Positions 53,392 to 61,766 of a stretch of DNA of 64,000 nt are shown piece by piece. Numbering within the stretch: position 1 is the first letter of the stretch; every line of letters starts with the position of its first letter. The translations under genes and the position numbers were made by a program. Source of the stretch: a virus; the IMG/VR virus record IMGVR_UViG_3300020472_001862, positions 32,001 to 96,000 of that record; one strand, given 5' to 3'. Under the pieces are notes generated by a model that saw nothing but the letters and a program-made list of their open reading frames with translations, did not search any database and had not been told where the DNA came from.

Positions 53392-53817
53392 ATGGCAGTC
53401 ACAGTAAATAACTTAAAACTAACCCAAGTCCAGGGTGTAGTATCTGTTAGGGGGACTGCTGCTACCGGAACAATTGCTTTAGCAACAACACTAAAGAAAT
53501 CAACTGAGACGCAAAGCTCCCCAGCAGTCAATATAAAAGGACTACATTGGACCTTGTCTAGCGGTGCTAGCGCCAAGGTTCAAAGAAACTCCGTCGTATT
53601 ATTTGAACTACACGAAAGTGGTTCATTAGATATGTACGGATATGCAGAGAACTCAGAAAACACATCAGATATAGAAGTAGTTATAGCCGGCGGAGCTGGT
53701 GGAACTGTTATAGTTGATTGTGCTAAAGTTTCTGGTTACGGTTCACAACAACATCAAGATGCACCACTAGACACTAACGACGCAGGTAATGTCTATGACG
53801 GTGGTTCATTAGGTTAA
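53392..53817 (+). CDS. Hypothetical head-module protein
   Basis: 141-aa beta-rich ORF before gp21. Confidence 0.7.
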   Translation: MAVTVNNLKLTQVQGVVSVRGTAATGTIALATTLKKSTETQSSPAVNIKGLHWTLSSGASAKVQRNSVVLFELHESGSLDMYGYAENSENTSDIEVVIAGGAGGTVIVDCAKVSGYGSQQHQDAPLDTNDAGNVYDGGSLG

Positions 53818-53828
53818 CGGAGAAATAA

Positions 53829-54488
53829 ATGAGACTTATTAAAGAATTTAACGAAAGTATTAACTATCTCACAGAAGATAGTAAAGATCCTAAGAAGCCT
53901 AATGTATTCATAGAAGGTGTATTCTTACAATCAGATTTAAAGAACAAAAACGGTCGTGTATATCCTAAAGAGATTATGCAACGAGAAGTTAACAGATATG
54001 TTAACGAATCTGTCAACACTAAAAGAGCTTACGGAGAGCTAGGACACCCAGAAGGCCCTACTGTAAACTTAGACAGAGTATCTCACATGATAGTCTCACT
54101 AAAGGAAGACGGCAGCAATTGGATTGGTAAAGCCAAAATTATGGATACACCAATGGGTAAAATTGTAAAAGAACTTATTAGCGAAGGCGCTCAACTTGGA
54201 GTAAGCTCCAGAGGATTGGGCTCTTTAAAAGAGAGGAATGGCATTAATGAAGTACAAGATGACTTTATGCTTGCCACAGCGGCAGATATTGTTGCAGATC
54301 CTAGCGCTCCAGACGCTTTTGTATCCGGTATAATGGAAGGAAGGGAATGGGTTTTTGTTAATGGTAAATGGACAGAACAAGACATAGAAGAGAGCCAAGC
54401 GATAATTAATCAAGCTTCACAGAGAGATCTAGAAGAAGCTAAATTCGCTGTTTTTAGCAATTTTCTTGATAAACTGTCTAAAATATAA
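53829..54488 (+). CDS. gp21: Prohead protease
   Basis: IEG.FLQ…N.NGR.YP, GELGHP, GVSSRGLGS, D.VADPSAPDAFV. Confidence 0.98.
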   Translation: MRLIKEFNESINYLTEDSKDPKKPNVFIEGVFLQSDLKNKNGRVYPKEIMQREVNRYVNESVNTKRAYGELGHPEGPTVNLDRVSHMIVSLKEDGSNWIGKAKIMDTPMGKIVKELISEGAQLGVSSRGLGSLKERNGINEVQDDFMLATAADIVADPSAPDAFVSGIMEGREWVFVNGKWTEQDIEESQAIINQASQRDLEEAKFAVFSNFLDKLSKI

Positions 54489-54498
54489 TAGAAATCTG

Positions 54499-54512
54499 TA
54501 TAAATATAAATA
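54499..54512 (+). promoter_or_regulatory. Tandem overlapping late promoters for gp22
   Basis: TATAAATATAAATA. Confidence 0.8.
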
Positions 54513-54559
54513 GTTTATTAGATTATATTAAAATTAAATAATCCTAAGAGGAGAGTAAC

Positions 54560-55864
54560 ATGGGAGTAGAATCCAAAATCAGAGAACTTCTAGAAGGTAA
54601 GTTGCAAGACGACGCCGTAGAAGTACTTGACGAACTAGCGGCACATCGTCCGTTAGATAAGTCAAGCAATGGAGATGCTAAACCACCCCTACAAGGTAAC
54701 TCTAATCCAAACCCAGAACAGCAAGACCTTAGCGGTTCAAGCAACCCTGAAGGCGGATTAACAAGCCCGGTAGGAAAGGAAGCGTCAGCTAAGGCTGGTA
54801 GTGCCCCTAGACCTTCTAACTCAGGTGCTGGTAAAGCACCAAACTATAACGACGGAGAGGCAACTCAAAGCGTTGTAGCACAATCTAGCTCTAAAGGTAA
54901 TGTACATCAAGAAGAAGTCGAAGAGACTGAAGACGAAGTACTAGAAGAAACACCTGAAGTAGCAGAAGATGAAGTAGTATCCGAAGAAGAGGAAGCTACT
55001 GAAGAGATTGTTGCAGAAGAGGAAGAAGTCGAAGGCGAAGAAGTTGAATATGTTGAAGAAGGCGAAGAAGAACTTACAGAATCTGACGAAGAGGAAGTAG
55101 AAGCATCTGAAGACGAGTCAACAGAGGAAACTTTATTCGAAGAGGACATTGCTAACTTGTTCGCAGACGAGGAGCATCTTTCCGAAGAATTTAAAACACA
55201 AGCCGCTTCACTTTTTGAAGCATCGGTTGTGGCCAGAGTCAATCAACAAATGGAGTCCATTGAGGATGAGCTTGTTGAGGAAGCCAATAAAGCTTTTGAT
55301 GAGGCAAAAGAGAAGCTCGTAGAAAATGTAGACAAATACCTCAGTTATGTAACTGAGCAATGGCTCAAAGAAAACGAGTTAGCTGTTGAGAACGGCTTAC
55401 GCAACGAAATTACTGAATCATTCCTTAACGGCATGAAAGAAGTATTCAAAGAACATTATATTGATGTTCCTGAAGAAAAATTCGATGTGTTGGCAGAACA
55501 ACAGTCTGAAATTGATGAGTTAAAATCTAAGTTAAACGAAGAGATTAACAAGTCAGTTGCAATCAGCGAAGACAGAGAACAACTACAAAAGGAAAAAGTT
55601 TTCCGTTCCGTGGTTGACGATCTAGCTGAAACTGAAGTGGAGAAATTCGCAGGTTTAGTCGAAGGAATTAGTTTCGACGACGAAGACAAGTATATTTCAA
55701 AACTAAATGTTATCAAGGAAAATTATTTTCCTAAAGCGAAAGCTGATGATAGTGATAAGCTAGAAGATAGCGTTGATCAGGGAACTTTAACAGACAACAC
55801 CGTGATGAGTAGATATGTACAAGGTATCTCTCAAGCAGCGAAGTTTGATAAGGTTAAAAATTAA
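54560..55864 (+). CDS. gp22: Prohead scaffolding (core) protein
   Basis: Very acidic; LSEEFK..A..LFEA.V, VD.YL.YV.E.W..EN, IKENYF. Confidence 0.95.
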   Translation: MGVESKIRELLEGKLQDDAVEVLDELAAHRPLDKSSNGDAKPPLQGNSNPNPEQQDLSGSSNPEGGLTSPVGKEASAKAGSAPRPSNSGAGKAPNYNDGEATQSVVAQSSSKGNVHQEEVEETEDEVLEETPEVAEDEVVSEEEEATEEIVAEEEEVEGEEVEYVEEGEEELTESDEEEVEASEDESTEETLFEEDIANLFADEEHLSEEFKTQAASLFEASVVARVNQQMESIEDELVEEANKAFDEAKEKLVENVDKYLSYVTEQWLKENELAVENGLRNEITESFLNGMKEVFKEHYIDVPEEKFDVLAEQQSEIDELKSKLNEEINKSVAISEDREQLQKEKVFRSVVDDLAETEVEKFAGLVEGISFDDEDKYISKLNVIKENYFPKAKADDSDKLEDSVDQGTLTDNTVMSRYVQGISQAAKFDKVKN

Positions 55865-55870
55865 CATTTT

Positions 55871-55878
55871 TATAAATA
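55871..55878 (+). promoter_or_regulatory. T4 late promoter for gp23
   Basis: Intergenic exact TATAAATA. Confidence 0.88.
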
Positions 55879-55923
55879 ATTAGGTTATAGAAATAACAAA
55901 CAAAGTAAAACAAGGAGAAACTG

Positions 55924-57189
55924 ATGTATCTTTCAGAAGAACTACAAAATAAGTGGCAACCAGTCCTTGAGCATCCTGAACTCTCAGAGATTCAAGATCC
56001 ATACAAGAAAGCTGTTACCACAGTAGTACTCGAAAACCAAGAGAAGGCTCTTCGTGAAGAAAAAGAAGCTCTTTTCGAGGCTACACATGCTAACCAAACA
56101 GGTGCAGGCGTTGACAACTACGATCCAATTCTTATATCGTTAGTTAGACGTGCTTTACCTAACCTTATGGCTTACGATGTTTGTGGAGTACAACCAATGT
56201 CTGGACCAACTGGTCTAATCTTTGCAATGAAGTCACACTATACTAGTCAAACTGGTACAGAGGCTTTATTTAACGAAGCAGACACTGATTTCTCAGGTGC
56301 AGGAACCCACGCTGGAGCTAATCCAGTAGACGGTACTTACACTACAGGAACAGGCGTATCTACAAGCACTGCAGAAGGTTTTGGAGACTCAACTACACTT
56401 AATGAAATGGCGTTTTCAATCGAGAAGACAACTGTTACGGCTAAGTCCAGAGCGTTAAAAGCTCAGTACACCGTAGAACTTGCTCAAGATTTAAAAGCTG
56501 TTCATGGTCTAGATGCAGAATCTGAACTTTCTAATATTCTTTCACAAGAAATACTTGCTGAAATTAATAGGGAAGTCATTAGAACTATTTACAAAGTAGC
56601 TAAAACAGGCTCAGCCTCTACAGCTACAGCTGGAACATTCGACTTAGATGTTGATTCCAACGGTAGATGGTCTGTAGAAAGATTTAAAGGTCTTTTATTT
56701 AATATCGAGCGTGACGCTAATGTTATAGCACAAGACACAAGGCGTGGAAAAGGTAACTTCATCATCTGTTCATCAGATGTTGCAAGTGCTCTTTCAATGT
56801 CAGGCGTACTTGACTATGCACCAGCTTTATCAACTAATTTAAATGTTGATGACACAGGTAATACATTTGCTGGTGTACTTAACGGTCGTTATAAAGTATA
56901 CATTGACCCATATTCTGCTAATACAGGAGCTGCAGCTCAGTTCTATGTATGTGGTTATAAAGGCACAAGCCCTTATGACGCAGGTCTATTCTACTGTCCT
57001 TATGTCCCACTACAAATGGTTAGGGCTATTGACCCAAGCACATTCCAACCTAAAATTGGTTTCAAAACTAGGTATGGCATGATCGCTAACCCATTCGTAA
57101 TGCAGTCAGACGGCACTACAGATGCAGACACATTTACAGCAGACAGAAACCAATACTACAGATCAGTAAAAGTTTCTAACTTAATGTAA
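55924..57189 (+). CDS. gp23: Major capsid protein
   Basis: DPILISLVRR, GVQPM.GPTGLIFAM, ELAQDLKAVHGLDAE.EL, PKIGFKTRYG. Confidence 0.99.
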   Translation: MYLSEELQNKWQPVLEHPELSEIQDPYKKAVTTVVLENQEKALREEKEALFEATHANQTGAGVDNYDPILISLVRRALPNLMAYDVCGVQPMSGPTGLIFAMKSHYTSQTGTEALFNEADTDFSGAGTHAGANPVDGTYTTGTGVSTSTAEGFGDSTTLNEMAFSIEKTTVTAKSRALKAQYTVELAQDLKAVHGLDAESELSNILSQEILAEINREVIRTIYKVAKTGSASTATAGTFDLDVDSNGRWSVERFKGLLFNIERDANVIAQDTRRGKGNFIICSSDVASALSMSGVLDYAPALSTNLNVDDTGNTFAGVLNGRYKVYIDPYSANTGAAAQFYVCGYKGTSPYDAGLFYCPYVPLQMVRAIDPSTFQPKIGFKTRYGMIANPFVMQSDGTTDADTFTADRNQYYRSVKVSNLM

Positions 57190-57216
57190 TTTAGGTCTTT
57201 TCTAGAAATAGAATTT

Positions 57217-57248
57217 AAACGGGCTACCAATAGGCAGCCCGTTTTTTT
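57217..57248 (+). terminator. Rho-independent terminator after gp23 (possibly bidirectional)
   Basis: AAACGGGCT…AGCCCGTTT stem plus T7; lies between convergent genes. Confidence 0.9.
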
Positions 57249-57257
57249 GACTTGAAT

Positions 57258-57479
57258 TTATTTTTGAACTACAAAGTCGTTTAGTTCTTTTGCAACAGCA
57301 ACAACATCGCTAGCTAAGATACTTTCACTAGGTAGTGGTTTCTTATCGTTAGGATTGTTTTCGTTGTGTACATGGATAGCGTCTGCTTTCCTATGTAAGT
57401 TCTGTTCTAGTAAGCCTTGCGCTTGTCCTAGTAGTTCGGCTCTTATAGCATAGCCCGATTGTGTAAATGCTTTTTCCAT
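57258..57479 (-). CDS. Small hypothetical protein
   Basis: 73 aa with AGGAG SD; downstream of the riboswitch-led peptide. Confidence 0.75.
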   Translation of the reverse strand: MEKAFTQSGYAIRAELLGQAQGLLEQNLHRKADAIHVHNENNPNDKKPLPSESILASDVVAVAKELNDFVVQK

Positions 57480-57540
57480 ATTTTTCTCCTGTGTGTATAT
57501 GTGTTAAATGGGAGGCCGTTTCCAGCCTCCGCATTCATAT

Positions 57541-57696
57541 TTATACAGCCCAGCGCACACCTCTATAGATGCCTGACTTTGGTTGTACCTTTTCTAATGG
57601 AATAGGGCCGTGACTTACGCCCCTGTAAATGCCTGGTAAAGATTTCGCTTTCGATTTCTTAACCAGGGCTTTGTAAAATATACCTCGATAGTACAT
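57541..57696 (-). CDS. 51-aa basic peptide with three YRG repeats (DUF4278-like)
   Basis: MYYRGIFY…GIYRGVSH…GIYRGVRW; AAGGAGG SD at 57703-57709. Confidence 0.8.
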   Translation of the reverse strand: MYYRGIFYKALVKKSKAKSLPGIYRGVSHGPIPLEKVQPKSGIYRGVRWAV

Positions 57697-57719
57697 TGTA
57701 CGCCTCCTTGGTTGAAAGC

Positions 57720-57781
57720 GCGTTCCTTCGACATTATTGTCTACTTCCGTGTGTAGGTTAATGAACTTACACATGAACGAT
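57720..57781 (-). ncRNA. glnA-class glutamine riboswitch
   Basis: Minus strand ATCGTTCA-TGTGTAAGTT CATT AACCTACACA-CGGAAGTA-GACA ATAA TGTC-GAAGGAACGC: P1 CGTTC/GAACG, hairpins P2 and P3, and the conserved junction/E-loop residues of the glnA motif as I recall it. Confidence 0.88.
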
Positions 57782-57786
57782 ATAAT

Positions 57787-57794
57787 TATTTATA
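57787..57794 (-). promoter_or_regulatory. T4 late promoter for the riboswitch transcript
   Basis: Exact TATAAATA 5 nt before the riboswitch 5' end. Confidence 0.85.
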
Positions 57795-57837
57795 CAAGAA
57801 AGGTAAAGCAGAGTTTGATTATTGGTTTGTAATTTGT

Positions 57838-57845
57838 TATAAATA
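57838..57845 (+). promoter_or_regulatory. T4 late promoter for iscU-iscA-gp3
   Basis: Intergenic exact TATAAATA. Confidence 0.85.
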
Positions 57846-57866
57846 CTAATAAGACCAGGAGGATAT

Positions 57867-58295
57867 ATGGCATACAGCAAAAAGGTTGTAGATAGATTTA
57901 ATGATGTATTAAATAACCCACAACAGCACGGGGTAGGACGATTTGATCCTAATGACCCTAATGTTGCTACAGGAATGACTGGAGCACCAGCATGTGGAGA
58001 TGTAATGAAATTAGATTTAAAAGTAAATCCAGATACAGATGTTATTGAAGATGTAAAGTTCAAAACATACGGATGTGGAAGTGCTATTGCTAGTTCTACA
58101 ATGTTTGTGGAAATGTTAAAGGGTATTACAATGACTCAGGCTTTAGAAATTAAAGATAAAGACATTGCAGCAGCTTTAGAATTACCACCTATTAAATTAC
58201 ATTGTTCTGTATTAGCAGAAGATAGTATTAAAAGAGCCCTACAAGATTGGGACGAAAAGAAAGCACACAGACAACACAACAGGGGGCCTGAATGA
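57867..58295 (+). CDS. iscU: Fe-S cluster scaffold protein
   Basis: MAYS.KV, GAPACGDVM, FKTYGCGSAIASS, LELPPIKLHCS.LAED. Confidence 0.96.
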   Translation: MAYSKKVVDRFNDVLNNPQQHGVGRFDPNDPNVATGMTGAPACGDVMKLDLKVNPDTDVIEDVKFKTYGCGSAIASSTMFVEMLKGITMTQALEIKDKDIAAALELPPIKLHCSVLAEDSIKRALQDWDEKKAHRQHNRGPE

Positions 58296-58612
58296 TAGAA
58301 TGGACCGACGAAGCAATGGAACAAGTGATTAGTAGATTGGAAAGACAAAAATCTCCTGGTGTAAGACTTGCATTGCTAGGCGGAGGTTGCGCAGGTTTCA
58401 AATATGATTTTAATTATGCTGATGGACCGAGAAACGATCAGGATGAGGAACTAGACTTTGGCAAATTCAAAATGTGGATATGTCCTATGTCGGCAGGTTA
58501 CTTAGCTGGTACAGTTATTGGATGGCGAGTAGAAGGATTGGTAGAAGAATTTACATTCTGGAATCCTGCAGAGTCTCAAGCCTGTGGTTGCGGTGAAAGC
58601 GTAGGATTTTAA
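58292..58612 (+). CDS. iscA: A-type Fe-S carrier (IscA/SufA/HesB family)
   Basis: GGGCAGFKY and NP….CGCGES. Confidence 0.9.
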   Translation: MIEWTDEAMEQVISRLERQKSPGVRLALLGGGCAGFKYDFNYADGPRNDQDEELDFGKFKMWICPMSAGYLAGTVIGWRVEGLVEEFTFWNPAESQACGCGESVGF

Positions 58613-58627
58613 TAATGGAGATACAAT

Positions 58628-58786
58628 ATGGCAAAAGCATGGAGTGGAAAGCTCACACATAGTGGTGTAAAGAAATCTACATCACAGGGCGTCGGAGGAA
58701 GAGGCAGGAAAGTTAAAATTTCTACTTCCACGATGAATAAAAACAGAAAAAGAAGTTATAAAAAGTACAGAGGACAAGGTAGATGA
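58628..58786 (+). CDS. Small very basic protein (52 aa, not in ORF track)
   Basis: Hand translation MAKAWSGKLTHSGVKKSTSQG…KRSYKKYRGQGR*; GGAG SD and ATGA overlap with gp3. Confidence 0.78.
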   Translation: MAKAWSGKLTHSGVKKSTSQGVGGRGRKVKISTSTMNKNRKRSYKKYRGQGR

Positions 58787-59367
58787 CAACAACTAATATT
58801 ACGAATGTTTCAGAAGCATCGTGGAGTAATGCTAACCCCAATGAGTTAGATTATTTGCGTCCCAACGCATTTAAATTCCAAATAGCTAACATTCCTAATA
58901 CAAGTTACTTCTGTAACGCAGCTAATATACCAGAGATGAATTTACCTCCTGCGTTACAACCTACACCATTAGTAGATGTAGGACACCCAGGAGATAAAGT
59001 AGAATTTGGTACCTTAATGATAAGATTCCTCATACAAGAGGACATGAAAAATTATATAGAACTATATAATTGGTTGGTAGGCCTAGGTTTTCCAAAAGAC
59101 AGCAAACAACATGCAGAATATACAAAAACACAAAACTATAGGTTCCCAGATATATCTCCTGAGAGCCAAAAAGGGTTAGGACAGTATAGTGATGCTACAC
59201 TTACCCTATTAGATTCAAATAACAACGCAAAAATAATAATTAAATTTATGGATGCTTTCCCTACGAGTTTACAGGGTTTAGATTTTGAAATAGTAACAGG
59301 CAGCACAGATTATATGATGGGTGTTGCTATGTTTAAATACACACTATTTGAAATCGAAGTATTATAA
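58783..59367 (+). CDS. gp3: Tail completion / sheath stabiliser (tail tube terminator)
   Basis: L.P..FKF, YFC..ANIP, PGDK..F..L, SDATL..L.SN, F.D.FP.SL. Confidence 0.9.
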   Translation: MTTTNITNVSEASWSNANPNELDYLRPNAFKFQIANIPNTSYFCNAANIPEMNLPPALQPTPLVDVGHPGDKVEFGTLMIRFLIQEDMKNYIELYNWLVGLGFPKDSKQHAEYTKTQNYRFPDISPESQKGLGQYSDATLTLLDSNNNAKIIIKFMDAFPTSLQGLDFEIVTGSTDYMMGVAMFKYTLFEIEVL

Positions 59368-59389
59368 TACCAAAAGGTACAACAAACAG

Positions 59390-59418
59390 TTGACTCTTAC
59401 TACATAAGAGCCTATAAT
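59390..59418 (+). promoter_or_regulatory. Sigma70-type promoter for uvsY-uvsW-gp55
   Basis: TTGACT-17 bp-TATAAT. Confidence 0.85.
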
Positions 59419-59427
59419 GTGTATATT

Positions 59428-59871
59428 ATGATAACTCTACAAGAACTACAAGACATGTGGCAAGAAGACTGTAAGGTTGATGAACTTAACCTTGGCCAAG
59501 AGTCTACACGCATACCAGAACTACATTCTAAATATCTTAACCATTTATCTACATTAAGATTACAATGCCGAAGAGCTCAGAGTGAATTATTTAAAATGAG
59601 AAGGCTGAAGTGGAAGTATTATCGAGGAGAGTTGGACCAAAAAGAATTAAACGAAAAAGGCTGGGATCAGTACTTAGGTAATGCTCCACTTAATAATCAG
59701 ATGAATGAGTTCTTGGATACAGATGAAGATGTTATTAAATTAACTGATAAATTAGAGTATTTAAACACTTGTATGACCCTATGTGAGAGTGTTATGAAGT
59801 CGATTTCTAGCCGTTCTTTTGATATTAAAAACGCAATTGAATGGACAAAATTTACAAACGGGTCTTACTAG
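59428..59871 (+). CDS. uvsY: Recombination mediator
   Basis: W..D…D, IP.LHSKY, YY.G, R.F.IKNAIEW.KF..G. Confidence 0.93.
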   Translation: MITLQELQDMWQEDCKVDELNLGQESTRIPELHSKYLNHLSTLRLQCRRAQSELFKMRRLKWKYYRGELDQKELNEKGWDQYLGNAPLNNQMNEFLDTDEDVIKLTDKLEYLNTCMTLCESVMKSISSRSFDIKNAIEWTKFTNGSY

Positions 59872-59908
59872 TGAAAAATATTTGGCCGGTATTTTGGAGC
59901 AAAAAAAG

Positions 59909-61375
59909 TTGATCAAAGTTTCTAAGAAAGACGAAGTACATATAAGTGTAGATACAGATCCAAGTACTGCACAAGAGATATGTGACTTCTTCACTTTTGA
60001 GATACCGGGTGCCAAGTTTATGCCTCTATATAAAAAGAGAGTATGGGATGGCAAAGCAAGATTGTTTAATATATACAACCGAGAATTATACATAGGTCTT
60101 TTGCCTTACTTGAAAGAGTTTGCAGAAACCTTAGAGTATGATATAGAAGTAAACATGCCTGATATAGGCGAATCAATAGACATAGATAGATTTACTAATG
60201 AACTGAGGTTACAAGCAAATGGAAAACAAATCGAAATTAGAGAGTATCAGAAAGAAGCAGTTACAAAGGCAATTAATGTGGGGAGAACTCTCCTCTTATC
60301 TCCAACTGCTTCTGGGAAGTCTCTTATTATTTACAGTCTGCTTCGCTATCATCAATTAAAAAATAGGAAGCAACTTATAATTGTGCCTACTACATCTTTG
60401 GTAGAACAAATGTACGGAGACTTTCAGGACTATGCTACGGCAGACACTTGGCAAGTATCAGAAAATTGTCATAGGATATATGGTGGTAAAGAAAAAACAA
60501 ATGAATATCCTGTAACAATAAGTACATGGCAATCTATATACAAGTATCCTAAAAAATGGTTTGAACAATTTGATGTTGTATATGGAGATGAGGCACACTT
60601 GTTTAAGGCAAAGTCTTTAACAACTTTAATGAACAAACTTACAAACACACCTTTTAGAATAGGAACAACAGGCACATTAGATGGAACTAAGACACATAGG
60701 CTCGTACTAGAAGGTGTGTTTGGACAAGTACATAAGGTTACAACTACTAAAAAACTAATGGACGATAATCAACTTGCTACATTAAAAATTGTATGTTGTA
60801 TGATTAACTGGAAGGACGCACACAGAAAAGAAGTTAAGGGTATGACTTATCAAGAAGAGATAGATTGGATAGTAACACACCCTGATCGTAATGAAATTAT
60901 AAAAAATTTAACAATAGCACAGGAAGGTAATACACTTGTTCTATTTCAGTATGTAGAAAAACATGGAAAAGTTTTACATGAAATGATAAGTAAGTCTGTA
61001 AAAGAAAATAGAAAAGTATTTTTTGTATATGGAGGCACAGATACAGAGGTTAGAGAAGAAATAAGAGCTATTACAGAGAAACAAGACGATGCTATTATAA
61101 TTGCCTCATACGGTACATTCTCAACGGGTATAAATATAAGGAACCTTCATAATATTGTGTTCGCCTCACCTAGTAAGAGTAGAATTAGAAACTTACAAAG
61201 TATAGGTAGAGGCCTCCGTAAAGGAGAGAACAAAGTATCATGTAATCTTTTTGATATTGGTGATGATTTATCGTGGAAGTCTAAGAAGAATTACACAATG
61301 AACCACTTAATAGAAAGGATCAAGATTTATAACGAAGAAGGTTTCGATTATAAACTTGTTAAATTAGATGTCTGA
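59909..61375 (+). CDS. uvsW: SF2 DNA helicase
   Basis: WDGK, SPTASGKS, DEAH, GTTGT, STGINI, LQSIGR.LR. TTG start with GGAG SD chosen. Confidence 0.96.
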   Translation: MIKVSKKDEVHISVDTDPSTAQEICDFFTFEIPGAKFMPLYKKRVWDGKARLFNIYNRELYIGLLPYLKEFAETLEYDIEVNMPDIGESIDIDRFTNELRLQANGKQIEIREYQKEAVTKAINVGRTLLLSPTASGKSLIIYSLLRYHQLKNRKQLIIVPTTSLVEQMYGDFQDYATADTWQVSENCHRIYGGKEKTNEYPVTISTWQSIYKYPKKWFEQFDVVYGDEAHLFKAKSLTTLMNKLTNTPFRIGTTGTLDGTKTHRLVLEGVFGQVHKVTTTKKLMDDNQLATLKIVCCMINWKDAHRKEVKGMTYQEEIDWIVTHPDRNEIIKNLTIAQEGNTLVLFQYVEKHGKVLHEMISKSVKENRKVFFVYGGTDTEVREEIRAITEKQDDAIIIASYGTFSTGINIRNLHNIVFASPSKSRIRNLQSIGRGLRKGENKVSCNLFDIGDDLSWKSKKNYTMNHLIERIKIYNEEGFDYKLVKLDV

Positions 61376-61757
61376 TATAAGCATATTAAAATTAATGGAC
61401 GGTACTACAATAGTAGGCAGATTAACACAAGACGGAGATCTTGTAGAAATAGAACACCCAATAGAATTGGTGTCTAATATACAACCTGTAGGAAATATAT
61501 TAGGCGAGCAAGTAAGTTTAAGACCTTATGTTGCAATAGCACAAGAACATATTTTTACAATAGAGAGATACAATGTTATTAATATATCTACTCTACAGGA
61601 AAATTTTGTTGAAGGCTATGAACGAATGGTAGAAAATATTTATTTCAGAGAACAACAATGGGAAGGTGACTTAATGTCAGAGGACCCAGACTCAGAATTA
61701 GATATGGAAACAATGTCTGATCTTGCAGATGCAATTATAAAGAAACAAATACATTAG
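61368..61757 (+). CDS. Hypothetical protein (Sm-like) between uvsW and gp55
   Basis: ILKL.DG..IVG…P pattern; syntenic position. Confidence 0.7.
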   Translation: MSDISILKLMDGTTIVGRLTQDGDLVEIEHPIELVSNIQPVGNILGEQVSLRPYVAIAQEHIFTIERYNVINISTLQENFVEGYERMVENIYFREQQWEGDLMSEDPDSELDMETMSDLADAIIKKQIH

Positions 61758-61766
61758 GAGTATATT

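Noticed and set aside
57697-57774. N-terminal extension of the 77-aa ORF in the track
   Set aside because: This stretch is the riboswitch and SD; the real start is ATG 57696.
57541-58612. Calling the phage a cyanophage because of the glutamine riboswitch and desaturase
   Set aside because: No photosynthesis genes in the window and IscU looks proteobacterial; the host cannot be assigned from this sequence.
61129-61136. TATAAATA inside uvsW
   Set aside because: Coincides with the conserved STGINI helicase motif; may be incidental.
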